64,000 bases of DNA, from positions 521,638 to 585,637 of the forward strand of contig WELB01000011.1 of the NCBI GenBank assembly GCA_009602725.1. The letters run 5' to 3'. Numbering within the stretch: position 1 is the first letter of the stretch; each line of letters opens with the position of its first letter. A program made the translations under genes and the position numbers. Shown here one piece after another: positions 25,946 through 38,953 of this stretch. The notes under the pieces were generated by a model. The model saw only the letters and a program-made list of their open reading frames with translations. It searched no databases and was not told the origin of the DNA. The DNA is from Spirogloea muscicola. Taxonomy: Eukaryota.

Positions 25946-26472
25946 GGCGGCCGACAACGACGACGTCTGCTCGACAGCCGTCTTCCCCGCTCGGGCGAGG
26001 CCAGGCCTGCAGCCAGCACAGCGCTCTGGATGGCGGGCCTCGTGCTAGGGGGCCGTGAGCGGGAGCTGGCGAAGCGGCCGCCAGCGGCCGCCGACCGGCG
26101 ACAGACGCCAGCGCCGGGCCTCCGCGGCCATCGCTCCTCGTATCAAGGCGACGGCGGCGCTCGCGGCGTCGTCGGCAGCGGCGGCGTCGGCGCGGCGGCA
26201 CGGCGGCGGCGGCGGTGGCGGCAATGGCGAAAGCACGACGGCTATGGGCCGGAGGGGGCGGCGACAGGAAGCTGAGAGGGGGGGAGCGGGGGGGGGGGAG
26301 GAGGGGGGTTGCCGGGCGCCCTAGCGACGGTCGGCAGGCACGTGGAGGGAGAAACACGGGTTCTGCGGGTCCCCCTTTTCACCCTCTTGACGGGGCCCGA
26401 CGGAGCTTGGCGGCCGTCAGCCGCGGGCCGCCGTCAACCCGCGCTCCCGCTAGTCGACCCCCATTGCCCTTC

Positions 26473-27865
26473 TTAGTCTGCACTCGACTCTGCCTGAACA
26501 ATGTATTGGCTTGAATTGGCCTCCCTTTCAATTCATGCGCCCCGCGCGCCTTCTCTCTTCCTGGCATCTAGTATTCATGCATCGAGTAGTGACCTTTATG
26601 TTTTGACCCGTGGTTATTGAGCGGGTCAATCTGCTGTAGGTTATGTAGATTTTCAGATGTGCTTGCCTTTGTACCTGGCCATTTGGCCTACATTTCTTTC
26701 TAATACACGATCTTTTCTCTTTCTCTCTGTTCATTCGTTTCAAGTTATTATGCTGGCCAATCACAGCCATCTACTGGAAGAAGAAAGAAGAAAGGGCTCG
26801 CCCATTGAGGATAGGGGCTGGACAAGCCAGCGCAAAAAAGAATGAACAAAGAACGAGAAGGGGGCCAGAGGAAGCCAGAGGAAGCGCTAAGAAACCAAAG
26901 CACACAAAGAAAGAAAGCAGCTACAAATTACTCAGTAACTGGAAGAGCCTTGCTCTTTCAACGCTTCCCCGGCCCCTGCAGACCTTGTCCATTCTCTTCG
27001 AGTTTGAGAGTAAAGAAGGCGCTCTCCCCAAGGGGGCAAAGGGCTGTGGGTCTTAGAGAAAAGTTTCTCTTAATGGTTTTGAGGGGTTTTGAATTGTCAT
27101 TCAAAGCCCTCCGCTCCACCATTGCTCACGGCAGTGACTACTCGGCACAGCCATCGCCCTTAGGAAGAGCCTCTCATTCTGCATTTTGCAACGATCCTAC
27201 GCTTTCGCACTGCATCGGCGCGGTGGCCGATGCAATGCTTTCTTTCTTTCTGCTGTGCCTTGGCTGCCGCTTCGGGTCATTGGCGGGTGGCCTCATTCAC
27301 GTGCCACCACTTCCTTCACTACCTTCGCTTCTCTCTCTCTCTTTCCTCTGAACAGTGTGTTGGCTCAGCTTGGCCTCGCTTATATTCTAGTGCACCGCGG
27401 GCCTTTCCCTGTTGCAACAGCTGCTCCTAGTCATTCGGACTTGCGGCTACAAAATAGGCTTACCCACGTGGCTATGAATAATAGCCACTTATTTTGCTGT
27501 GTAATCTGCGCTCTTGTGTTAGGCTCCCCTTAGCCATTTGGCCTACGTTTGTTCAAAATACACAAAATTCTCCTTAAATCTTGTCTACCATTTTGGGCTG
27601 GCCTTTCATGGCCAACCTTATGAAAGAGCCTTCGCTTTTGCCCTCGCTGCTGCCTCTGGCTCTGGCCAGGGGACCCACTACCACGAGCCTAGCATCTCCC
27701 ACCTGCGGCTGCTTAGCAGAGGTTACTAAGTGATTCACGTAGCTGCTTTGTTTCTCTGTGTGCTCGTTTTTCTTAGCGCTTCCCCTGGCCCCCTTCTCGT
27801 ACTCCGTTCATTCTTTTCTGGGCTGGCTTTTCCAGCCCCTATTCTCAATGGGCGAGGACTTGCTT
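26473..27865. mobile_element. Nest of CRE-type retroelement 3' fragments (C, A, B(-), D, C-like, A, B(+))
   Basis: C 26473-26560 is directly followed by A 26561-26720 (..DLYVLTRGY* plus UTR); B(-) 26776-26940; C-like 27348-27410; A end 27534-27575; B(+) 27640-27860 encoding ALAAASGSGQGTHYHEPSISHLRLLSRGY*. Confidence 0.85.
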
Positions 27866-28397
27866 CAGAGTGACAGCCTAAACCCAGTCCTGCTTGTGCC
27901 AACCCCGAAGACTCGATGAGCGGGGTACATGAGCTTGGCCACCACGCTGAAGTGATATACGAGCTTTGCATGCATGCATCAGTCCCATCTTGGCAGTGTA
28001 CAACGACAACATATGCAGATGACGGTGCTTGCATCAAATACGAAGCAGGGCGAGAAGATCTTATTGGGCACAGGGCACGTGGACCCATGCACATACACAT
28101 GATGATCTGCCTGCTGTCATGATGTTACATATGATGCAGTTGCACTCATGCTAAGAATGTGTCATGCAACCTGGCATTCATGACTCTTTGTAGCCAGCAG
28201 CTGCCAACGTGCGTCTGAAGGAAAGTGGAAGAGGGAACCCGAATATTCACTCTGCTGCTTCCCGTTTGCCTGGAAAGGGCCATGTCTTCTCCAAGAGATG
28301 TTTGTGCATGCCATAGCTCGCAAACTTGATTCACGCTAGTAAAGTTAGAGAAGTGTGCCACGAAATCTACAACAGCAGGAGTGTTCAGCATGCCTTA

Positions 28398-31300
28398 TCA
28401 CTTCTTCCCCTCATCGCTTTCACGAGTGACAGGCTTGCGTCCATATTGGACAACCATGGGCTTGTCCTTCAGCAAGTAGCCATGTGTGGCGACCTGACAC
28501 AAGCAAGGCCAATAATATGCAAGTTAACAAATTGCCCAATATCAATCAGCTATCTCACATATGTAGCTTGGACTTCTAAGACTCGCGTGCAAACGGTCAT
28601 TGTTGCTTTTAGTACAACTAAATACAATGCCAGTCTACAGCTTTGGACTGTTGAGCATGAATCCACCATTTGAGTACTTTTACAATAAGAGGAGCAGTAT
28701 GTACCACTTACCAGAGCTTTTTGAGCCAGGTTGAGGGCTGGGAAAGTCACAAAAGCTTGCCCACGCATACGACCCTCCTGATTCAGGCACATGGAGTACT
28801 CCCTGAGTTAGTGTCTGGGTGTGCTACGTTCAAGTCCACATGACATCAGAGACACTATCAGTCCAATAAGAAAATGATTTTGGAAGATTGCAACCTGCCG
28901 GACTACTGCATTGCAACATTGATGCAATGCAGCAGGACTCCAATGTGTCCCCATGCTTATGTCAAAGAAAATCTCTATGTCATGTATAATCAGGTCTTTG
29001 CAAGTAACCTGCATTAGCTTCACGCCAAGCTTTCTCTTGGCAGTCTCTTCCAATCCCACAAAAGGACCTGCTCCACCACATTGTGTCCTTGCTGTGAGCC
29101 ATGCTTGTGTTAAATCACAGACTTCTGCGGAACTCATCGAAGTGTAAGAGCTAATTAGTCCTGCTAAGAGCATAGACTTGGCAGTCAAGGGTTCGTCTTG
29201 ATGCTTGCCATAGATATGCAGCAGATCTTCTTGTGTGACATCCTTGGCCAGGTTCTTGACGTAAAGGACGTCCGAAGGCTCTCCCACGGAATAATTCTGA
29301 GACATGGATGTTGATTGAACGCGTTGCTTTGGTCACTGCCAAGCCTGTTTAGCCTCCTGGCCGGCCCCTAACTCGCAAGTTTTGCACAGTGTATCACACA
29401 GTGCTTGACTGAAGGTTGCAGGTTGATGAACTAGGTGGCCAATAATCATATGTAATCTGGACAAAAGTGGGGCTCTGATTGGTCAAGCCAGACGGGACGA
29501 ATGCACCTTGAACATGGGCATGGCTAGGATCTCCTCGGGCGACAGCTTGCTCTTCTGAATCTCCTCATTGACAGCCAAACCAGAGATTTGCTTCCGTGCA
29601 TCTCTTGTCTCCTCACCTGCTCCTGGTCTTTGTGCTGGAGCGAGCTTCGACCCTAACTTTATCTGATCATACATCATCAGATACGAGTTTCGATGCACTC
29701 AGCCACCTGATCTATACACTACTTCATTGAGGACACAAGATTGAGCATCTGTTAAGGATATAAAACAAGCTTCTAGGCCCCCAAATTGTGTAGCACAGTC
29801 AGTATGTCTGCAAGTCTTGAAAGTGCATATATGTCAACAGCTAGAAAGCTCGTACTTGGATGACGGGTGCATTCTTCTTGATGACGGAAGTAGGCTTTGC
29901 CACGTCCTTCAGTGGGGGCAAGCTTGTGACAGAGACCCTGGCTTTCTTCCTTGGCTTTATGCCAGATGTAAGGGCATCCTCTCCGACTTCCACCCTCACC
30001 TGGTCGCGTACGTTGGCTTAGACAATCAGTCTCACAGAATTCGGTGAGTAATTATGCACAGTCCTGAGTCACAATTGCGAGTTGCCAATTCTCGACATGG
30101 CTCGCAGTGGAGTAGGCATGGGGCTGGTTCGCCAGCAGACCTCCTCATCAGACTCAAGCTCCGACTCGCCGTCGGAAAGTTCAGGAGCCGCTTGAGCAGT
30201 CAGGGGAGGAGAAGAGGGAGGCGCTGGAGGAGGGGCAGCTGAGGGGAATGGAGGAGTAGGGACGGCCGGCCGGAATGGTGCAGGAAGATTCATCTTGTTC
30301 ATAAGATGGAGCACCTGTCACAGGCACACACACCGAGCAAGGACTCAGCTCGAACATGACAAGGACAACCACACAAATGTCGTATGCAAGCTTTTCCACA
30401 TCTGGCAACACCCAAGAAGCGAGACAACAATTCAAGGCTCAGTCAAGCGGATGCTCACAGAAGACTTGACAAGTGAGAGCTCCATGCGAGAAACAGGCAG
30501 TGAAGAAGGATGCCCATCTTCATGCCTTGTAGTGCTAAGGCAAGTGAGGCAAAGCGGAGCCGGTGGAAGTTCCTGCGTGGAAGGGGCTGCCATCCAAGAG
30601 CAAAGGGGTATGACAAGGGGATGTGGGCAAGGCCAGCCTGCCTGCGTGTAGAGCCGTGGCACCGCGATGAGCGCACTCGTGATGTTGCTGAGGATGTTGC
30701 TGTCTGGCGGAGGGTAGGCATACCTGCCAATAAAGAAGCCAGCAACCGTGTTAGCCATAAGCATCAACATCATCATCTGCTTCACAACTCACAGCAGCAT
30801 TGGACTACCAAAGTTTATGAGCACAAACAAACATAACATCGAGTACTTGAGAGTACGCAAGCTTGACTGCAGGAATGAAATTACAGCTCAGCAAGCACTC
30901 TGTACTCTTCACACCATGGCGACAGTCCAAGATGAGGGAGGGAGCATGGGACAAACTCCAGGTCAGGTGGGAACGGGTAGTCGACGCCGAGCGAGGGAGC
31001 AATGGGCTCGCCAGGAGGTGGAGGCTTTGCCGCATAGCTTCCCGGCAGCACGGTCGGTACAGGGGCGGGTCCACGCAGGACAGGTCTTAGATTGAAGCTG
31101 GCAGTGGACCGCAGCTCGGTGGAACTGGCGGGGTACGGGCTCTAAAGTGCCGGCTGTGGCGGGGGAGGCGGCGGGAAAGCATGCAGCTCGAGAGAAGCGT
31201 CAGGTGGGGCGGCAGCTGCCTGCAGCACAGTGATAGGTGCTGGTGCTGGAGTGGGGTCCCTGCTGTGGGCGCCTGACTCCACCACGGCCTTGGCAGCGCT

Positions 31301-32173
31301 ACCACCGTCGGCGAGCTCGGCCTTGGGCTCGATCTCAGGCGCGCGCCCGACCCACAGCGTCTTGTTCAGGAGCCGCAGCCTGGGGGGCGCCAACGAGGGT
31401 CAACCCCGGGACTAGTCCTAGCAGAAGCCCTGACAGCTGAACCATGAGCCCAAGTAATTGACACAGAATCCTAAGCCCTGAGCCCTATTACCTGACCCTG
31501 GTTAAGTGGTGTACGGTTCGTCAGCAGCCGGCAAGAGCACCAATGTGCGGGCGTGCTCATGCGAAACGGCGGGGGCAAAGCAAAATCCATGCACAGAAGA
31601 CGGGCTCAGAGCCACACAGTTGCGGTTGCAGCGGCAATGGCAGGATGCTGCTGACGCAAAGACCAGCCCTGATTGTTGATCTAAGATGGCGCCTGCGGCG
31701 TCGGTCTCATCCTCCAGTAACTGGCAGTGGCAGGACTGCCTGCTTGTGCAACTTCTTGCTGCTATCTATGCAGCCAAGGGCTTGCAATTTTCTTGTGGAG
31801 ATGCTGGCTGGACGGGCTCACCTGTGGAGCTGCGCCTGTGCCCGTACGGCGGCGGCCTCGTCGGCAAAGTCGACGTAGGCGCAGTTCTTCAGCCTGCAGA
31901 ACAGCAGCAGCCGCCGCCGCAACACGGGCCCCTGTCAGCCTCTGGCGTCCCAAGCGTGCAATGGCATGGCCGCCCATCAACAAGGGCAATCACGAGACTG
32001 CGGCTACGCTCCGACCTGCCAACCGAGCAGGGCCGGACGACTACGGCTCCGTAGTGCGCGAGCAGGCGCTGCAGCGTCTCTGGCTGCACCGTGTTGGGGA
32101 TGTGCTTCACGAGCAACGTTGCTGCAGCAGCAGCTGCGGCGCGGCCGTCGGGCGTGCCAGGAGGCTCCACCAT
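28398..32173 (-). CDS. RNPC3: U11/U12 snRNP 65-kDa protein (two RRMs; minor spliceosome)
   Basis: TLLVKHIP..LQRLLAHYGA; YAYPPPDSNILSNITSALIAVPRLYTQ|VLHLMNKMNLPAPF; LSDGESELESDEE; NYSVGEPSDVLYVKNLAKDV; EGRMRGQAFVTFP; HGYLLKDKPMVVQYGR. Confidence 0.93.
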
Positions 32174-32699
32174 GGCGACTCCTTGGCAGCTCCCGGCCGG
32201 TGCGTCAGCGGCGAGAACCCAAATGACGTCCTCAAGCTCTGGCACTGGGGATATGGCTCAGCGCCGTCGCCCGTTACCCGTAGACCATCGCCGGTCGCCC
32301 CACCGCATGCCAAGAGATTCAGCCACCTCTCCAGGCTTCCCACTCTCGCCTTGCGCTCTCTTGCGCATGCACACAACGCTGCTGGCTCCGTCCGCCATGG
32401 GACCAGGTGAAAGGGCGGCAGCCACTGGCGTCATCGCCCTCCAGCACCACCCCATATGCGGAGCATGGAGCAGGCGAGCATCAGGACGAGGCCCGTGGAG
32501 GGATGAAGTCGTGCACCACTGCGAGGTGGGAGATGGGCGTTTCGCGAATTATCAGGTGCTGCGACCGCCGTGCGCGACGGCAAAGTCCTGCTCTGTGCCA
32601 ATGCTCGACATCAGCGGATGACCGTCACGGAGGCCTGGCGGAGGGGACGAGGGAAGGACGCGAGGTGCGAGGACAACTAGAACTGCGACACACGAGCGA

Positions 32700-32867
32700 C
32701 ATGAGAATGAGAGGAGATCGGGAGACGGAGATGTGGGATGGGGAGAGGGAGGGAGAGTTGGGTCCGGAAGGGGGGCGGGAGAAGGGGCGACAGAGAGAGG
32801 TGGGGAGTGGGTATGAGAGGGAGACGAGGGAGAGAGAGAGAGAGGGAGGGGGGGGGGGGGGGGGGAG
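32700..32867. promoter_or_regulatory. GA-rich/G-run tract in the divergent RNPC3-SURF1 promoter region
   Basis: Purine-rich stretch with (GA)n and a long G run between ATGs at 32173(-) and 33095(+). Similar CT/GA tracts flank gaps at 19572-19650 and 55230-55295. The regulatory role is inferred. Confidence 0.4.
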
Positions 32868-33094
32868 GTGCAGCTTGCGCCAGTCCCCAGACGCTGCCAG
32901 TCCTGCCACCCAGCCTTGCCCAGCCTTGCAAAGCCTTGCCCGGCCCTGCCACGCCGCCATCCGAAAGCCGGCGAGCCGTTCGAGCTTGCTGGGATTACTG
33001 CCCACTGCCGTTGTGTCAGTGGCAGCGCCTGCCGCAGCCGTGGGGGCCTCGCTGGCTGAGAAGCTCCGCTGCGAACGAGGGCCGGCGTCGCCCC

Positions 33095-35658
33095 ATGGCT
33101 CTGGCAGCCGCCCTTGCGGCAGCCGCTCGGCAGCTCAGGCGATCCACTGCTGCCGCCTCGAGGCAGTCCCTCTGCAGCTCCATTGTCGGCGCCCCTTGTG
33201 GAAGCCCCGTCCAGCGACTCTCCACCGCTGCCTCTGTGCACGCTCCGCCAGGTGATACTTCTGCCGCAGCCGATACTCAGCGACATCCCGGGCGCGTGGT
33301 TCTCGCAAGCTGGGTTTGCGATGCATCTGCGGCCTCCGCTGAGCCTTGCGGCGGGCGGGAGCACGGTGAGCACTATGAGGGGTTCGGCTTTAGAGCTTCA
33401 CAGGTGGCGCCCAGCTTGACCAAGCTGCTTGGCGACCAACATCAGCAACAAGGTGCAGTGCGGAGCAGGTTGACAGGTCCTTCTGTTGAGTTACGGGAAC
33501 GTGGGGTTGAGGGTGTATTGGTGAGCTATATTTAGATTACAGATGTAATTTCATCACCACGGACCATTGAGCTGAGGCAACGGCGAGCCTGTGCCTTGTG
33601 TCGTCCCCTTGTTCAGCCCCCACCTGTGCTACTTTACATTCCAATTTTTGACAGGCAATATTGTAATAATATTTTGTTAATACTTATATGTATAATATTG
33701 TGCTTGTTACCCACAGAAACACTGGTGGGAGCAATACCAGGCGCAGAGAAGCGCCCCCCAGGGTGGTCCATCCTTGTGCTGCTCCTGCCCCCTGCTGCTG
33801 CGTTCGGCCTCGGCACGTGGCAGCTTCAGCGGCGGCAGCGGAAGGTCTTGCCTCTCCTGAACCTCAACGCTCCCGTGCTCTCAGTCCATCAAATTTACGC
33901 GACAGCTGATCACTCATTTGTCCAAGTATGCCACTCTGAAATTTTCAGCCAACTTAGTGCAGGGGTTGTGCTTATGCACTCTAGTTGCTCCAGATAGTAC
34001 AGTGTGCGAAAGATTGGAGAGCAACATGTGGTGTTGGCTTGAGCAGCTTAAGTGGTCAAGTGCAAGGGCTGCTCCTGGGCTGGAGCCCCCGCTTTGCAGC
34101 AGTTTCTTTGGAATTGCTGCACGTGATCTGCTAGCAGCACACTCTGAGAAGTCCAAAAAGACGTCCTTCTCAATTCAAACCTGCTGTCAGAGATGCGCAT
34201 TGCTTGAGCAGGTAGACCTTCTCCAGCAGCGTGAGCAGCGGCTACTTGAGGAGCCGGTGCCCCTGACTCTGGAACTTAAGCTTGCTGCCGGCAGCAGCCA
34301 GCACGTGGGAGGCAATGCCAGCCCACTTGAGTATCGGAGGGTGGTCTGCGAGGGCACGCTCGACGAGGCACGATCACTGTATATCGGGCCACGGGGGCGC
34401 AGCGTCAGCGGCATCACTGAGAAGGGCTACTATCTCATCACGCCGGTCCTCCCCGCCGCTGAAAACGGCCTGTGGTAGAAGCTTCTCCAGGTCCTCAGCA
34501 CGCTTGCGGCGTGCAGCATCATAGACCTCCGCCGTGCCGCCTAGACTCAAGCTCTGCAGGTCGATGGTGGTATCTGAATGATGGAAATCACTCTTGGAAC
34601 TAGTTAAGTGGTGTGACTCAACAGCCATGACTGCTGTTCTCCATGGCGGTGCAGCTCGCGGCCACCGGTCCTCGTCAACAGGGGCTGGGTGACTGAGGCG
34701 TGGAGGAGGGAGCATGACCACAACCAGGGCGTCGATCAAGATGCGGCAGGGCTGGAGCACACCTTGACGGCCAGTCCATCGGGCTCTGGCTCTGTTGTCA
34801 AAGGCGATAATAGGCACCAAAGGAGCTGGTGGCACTTCTGGAGCAGCGGACATGAAGCTACAAGCGCTGCGGTGGAGGTGTGTGCCAACTGTTGCAGTGG
34901 CAGGCATTGACAGCCCGCTGCACATCTAGAAATTACTGCCACAAATATTTTGTGGTGACACGACTATGGAATGTGCTGGCTGGGCAGGGCACAGCGCCGC
35001 CACCTGTGACGAGAATCTGCGGCGTCGTACGCTCGAGCGAGCAGCCGAGCGCCTTTGTGCCGGCAAATGTGCCGAACGCCGGGCAGTGGTTCTATATGGA
35101 TGTACCTGCCATGGCGGCCGCCTGCAGCCTGCCGCCGGGCACGCTGCTAGTGGACGCGATCAGAGATGGTGGCGCCTTGGAGGCGACGTTGCAAGGGTCG
35201 CCAATCCCTAAGGAACCATCGGAGCTCGTTCGGCAGTCTGTGATGCCACAGGACCATCTCAACTACGCAATCACCTGGTAGGACAGCGACGGTGCATCAC
35301 ATGATAGAGTCGTCAAGGCTTGCTTATCTATGATTTAAGCGGTGGCCCACCTTAATAGATTTTTGAAAGTGATTCCTGAGCGTGAAGTGTGCATCTCACA
35401 CCACCTGCCTTTCTTTACTTCATTGCTAGCACATTGCTTGTAGTTGGACATTGCTTGTTAATGGACTTGTATTACATAGGATATTGCATGCAACACCCTT
35501 TACGTATGGGCAAATGTTCAGCAGTATATGAGAACAACATGTGTATGAGGCTGTCCTTGTGAATGCGCAGGTACACTCTCTCGGCAGCCACGGCGTACAT
35601 CGCATATCGGCGGCTACATATGGTGCGGGCGCCCATGAAGTCCAAGGGAAAGCTATAG
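33095..35658 (+). CDS. SURF1: SURF1 cytochrome c oxidase assembly protein (mitochondrial)
   Basis: Transit-like MALAAALAAAARQLRRS; FGLGTWQLQRRQRK; LEYRRVVCEG..LYIGPR..GYYLITP; VLVNRGWV; GVVRSSEQPSAFVPANVP..QWFYMDVPAMA; HLNYAITW|YTLSAAT. Stop 35656-35658. Confidence 0.95.
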
Positions 35659-36214
35659 CAATGAGCTAGGCTGCACCCACGTACTTATAGGAGGAGATGC
35701 TTATACATCTCTTTGCTATGTTCTCTACAATGTCATGATCAGCACACCAGATGCTTAGGCCCCTGATGGCTGCATCGGCGCCCTTGAGCTTGTCAGCAAT
35801 GCTAGCTCTTGCCGGAGAAAGTGCCTCCAAGGCACCAGCTTTACTCAATAGCAGGCGATTTGCTTCTGCATGCCTGTTAAGGTGGCAGCAGCATTTAGGC
35901 AACCTCACCATAGTTCTGCGTTAGTGGCTCACGCTTACAGATTGCTTTTGTTGGCTAGAGGGCTTGAAATACAGATGCCTGCTGCAATCCATGCGGCACC
36001 ACTCACAAGGGTGCACTGCTGCTGGCAAGGGCAGTGCCCAAGGGAGCACGACGGCAAGGGCCTAAGTTGCTGATGGGTGGTAGCTGCTGCAGGCAGGCTT
36101 TGAGGAAGCTGCAGCAGTACAGCTGCTGTCAATCTGTGGCTTTCACGAGGTGTCACGTGGAGTACAAGCGAGGACACCATCCTTCGAGGTACTCGTGTGC
36201 TGTGTTTCAGCACT

Positions 36215-36325
36215 TTCCGGGTTCGGACCTTGTCCAGTCTTTCGGGCTGGCTTCTTCACAAGAAAGCGCGGCCAGATTGACTGGTGGCTGGGAAAGGCCA
36301 GCCCAAAGGGATGGACAAGGGCTGA
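36215..36325. repeat. Two CRE-type 3'-end remnants in opposite orientation
   Basis: TTCGGACCTTGTCC..CGGGCTGGCTT matches 20446-20485. AAGCGCGGCCAGATTGACTGGTGG also occurs at 11882-11905 and is followed here by GGAAAGGCCAGCCC. Confidence 0.7.
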
Positions 36326-36609
36326 AGGAGCCGGAGTGCGAAGGACTAGGACCAAGACGTCAGCCAGGGTCACGGCCCTCGCCCCCGTTCGATGAGCTTA
36401 CTTCCCACTTGCAGTTCGGTATTCGGACGTCAGTTGGCGACCTCTACGTGCAGCAAAAATGAGTGCGGCTGCCGACACTGAAAGTGCGGCTGTAAAAGCC
36501 GGCCACGATCACCACTTGCTGCGCCGCGGCGTCGAACCCCGCGTCTCACCTCGCGCTCGCCTGCAGGCCAGCCAGCTCCAGCAGCCCGCCGCAAGCGGCC
36601 CCAGCGGCC

Positions 36610-38953
36610 ATNCCGGCTGCTGGCGCTGGCGGAGGCCGGCGGCGGCGGCGGCGGGCTGGACGCCGACATGGCCGGCAGCCTGGCGGCCTACTGCGCCGCC
36701 GCCACGACCGAGCAGGCCGCCGAGTACCTCCTGGTGATGAGCTCCCCCAATTGCTCCACTTCCCTCGCCGCGGCGCCACCGCGCGGAATCGAACCCTGGT
36801 GCTCAGATTCCCAGGATTTCAGCTCAAGCACAAGCTGCGGCAGCTGAGCGTCGATTCAGGTTCAGGTGTAGGGCTCAGAGTTTAGCTCGATTCTCTGAAC
36901 CCCCTTACCTGGTGGCGAGGTCTGACCATGGAAGCACCGGCGACACCGCTGGGACCTCCACAGAACATCGTCAGCGAAGCGACGCGGGCCATCATCGCCG
37001 AGTACGCCGCCAAGTGGGCGCCGGCGTCTGCGCCCAGTGGCAGCGCCAGCGGCGGCGGTGGCGGCAGGATGCGTGCGTACGTCAAGCCCCGTGAGGGCGG
37101 CGACTACATAGTCGCAGGGCGCAAGGCTCGGGACTGCTCCAGCGGCACCGATGGCAAGGCGACAGCGCCGCCACCGGTGACGGCAGGCGCCGGCGCAGCT
37201 GGCAGCAGCACGAAGAAGAGCCGCAGGGGCCGCGCTGTGGAGCTGGCGGAGCTGGGCGCCGGCCGTGCGCTGCTGCCGCGCCACGGCCCCTGCGAGTGCC
37301 AGGCATCCGCCACCGCCTGGTCGCCAATTGCCTCTCCTGCGGTCGTATCGTGTGTGAGCAGGTTGAGCTCCACCCCCCCATCTCTTCTCTGCCACAATCA
37401 GTACGGTCTAACGCCAGAAGGTTACCTAAAACCCTAATTGCCAAACCCCTAAACCCAAAAACCCTGAACCTAAACCCCTGAGCCTGACTTTGATCCAGAC
37501 TGGAAGTAATGGAGAGCTTCACCAAATGAAGCATGCTATCTGATTGTCTTTGCGGCAGGAGGGCGAGGGCCCCTGCGAAACGTGTGGCGCGCTGGTGCTA
37601 TGTAAAGGCAGTAGCTATGCTGGCTTGGATGAGCAGGCGCTCCTTCCCCCGGAGCTTGCAAGTGAGGCAGAGGCCAAGGCGATTGCCTTCAAGGTCGGGC
37701 TCTCACGAGAAGTCGAGTGGCTCTCAGATAGCATGAATGCATTGACATGTCTGCGAGGTTGATCATCATCTTCAAGTTGCAGCATGTCCACATCAACCAC
37801 CCAGCGCGAAGTGGATGTGATTTGTAACTTATTGGTCATCTGGACCCGAAGTGGATGTCTTCAATGTCTATTTATATTTTCGGGGACATTCCTAGCGCCA
37901 AACCAAAGCATCCGTGCCGGCTCAATTTGTTGCTTTTTTGACAAGATGTTTTTAGCTTCTGCTCTTCAGGATCGCCTAGTGGAGTACGACCGGACTGCTG
38001 CAAGGAGGACTGAAGTCATTGACGACCAAAGTGACTATTTCCAAATTGATAGCAACGCCTGGCTAAGTGAAGAGGTGAGGCAGCCCAACTCTCTAGTATG
38101 CTGCCATTTCACAAGGGCTTCAGTGGAGCTTTGGATGCCACTGCCATACTTGGCTAGCATCATAACCAACTAGCCACGGTCTGGCCTCAAGCCTTTCACC
38201 ATCACCTCTTTTCACAAGTGCAGGAGAAGCTGCAGCTTCAGAAGCGCCAGGAAGACATGGAGCGCACCGAGGAGGAGCGCAAGAGGCGCGTTGTCGTTAC
38301 ATTTGATCTCCTTGGACGGAAGGTGCCATCGCCATGCTCAACACAGCAGTGTGGTGCACGGTTTCCATGTCCAGAGTCTTGCACGCTCATCTGTCATGAA
38401 TTGTCTCCCCTGCTTGTGAAAAGGCCTCTGGCTGAAGCGAGTCGGTGGTTGCAAGTGTCTCCATTAAAATATACAACCAAGATCTGTAAATGCTACACAG
38501 CTCTTAAGGTGTAATGACATAGAAGACAATGTAGTAAATGCATGATCAGCAAGAAGTGAGCAGTACGGATTCTGCTCTGCATGCGTGTGCCAGGTTGTGA
38601 TGGCGGAGTCTGAGCAGCTGGGCGACGTGGCAGAAGAGGCGGCCCAGCTCAGCACAAGCACATCCAACGGCGCCACTCAGGATCTCAGCATGCGAGTGAA
38701 GCCAAGCCCAAGCCTCTGCATCCCACCTCCCATTTTCGTAGACGTGAGAGCGTTGGGCAAATCTCATACACAGACCACCAAGGCTGAGGGTGCGGTCAAG
38801 AGCAGCGGTGCAGTTTCAGGGGTTGGGCGGGGCCCATCAGAACGATCGTGGATGCGGGTCCAGCATGATGACCCCTTTGCGGAAGCAGTGGGTGTAATTT
38901 CTCAGGAGGCCAGCCTTAGCAAAGCAGCAGGTGCTACTGCAGCCGAGGCATGA
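36610..38953 (+). CDS. Activating signal cointegrator 1 / Rqt4-like C2HC5 zinc-finger protein; apparent 1-nt frameshift at about 37306
   Basis: LAAYCAAATTEQAAEYLL|NIVS; PCECQA/RHRLVANCLSCGRIVCEQ|EGEGPCETCG; K|DRLVEYDRTAARRTEVIDDQSDYF..NAWLS; VVVTFDLLGRK. The start codon is read as ATN at 36610. Confidence 0.85.
37425..37482 (+). repeat. Degenerate telomere-like CCCTAAA tract including a telo-box, in an ASC-1-like gene intron
   Basis: CCTAAAACCCTAATTGCCAAACCCCTAAACCCAAAAACCCTGAACCTAAACCCCTGA; exact AAACCCTA at 37429-37436. Confidence 0.55.
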
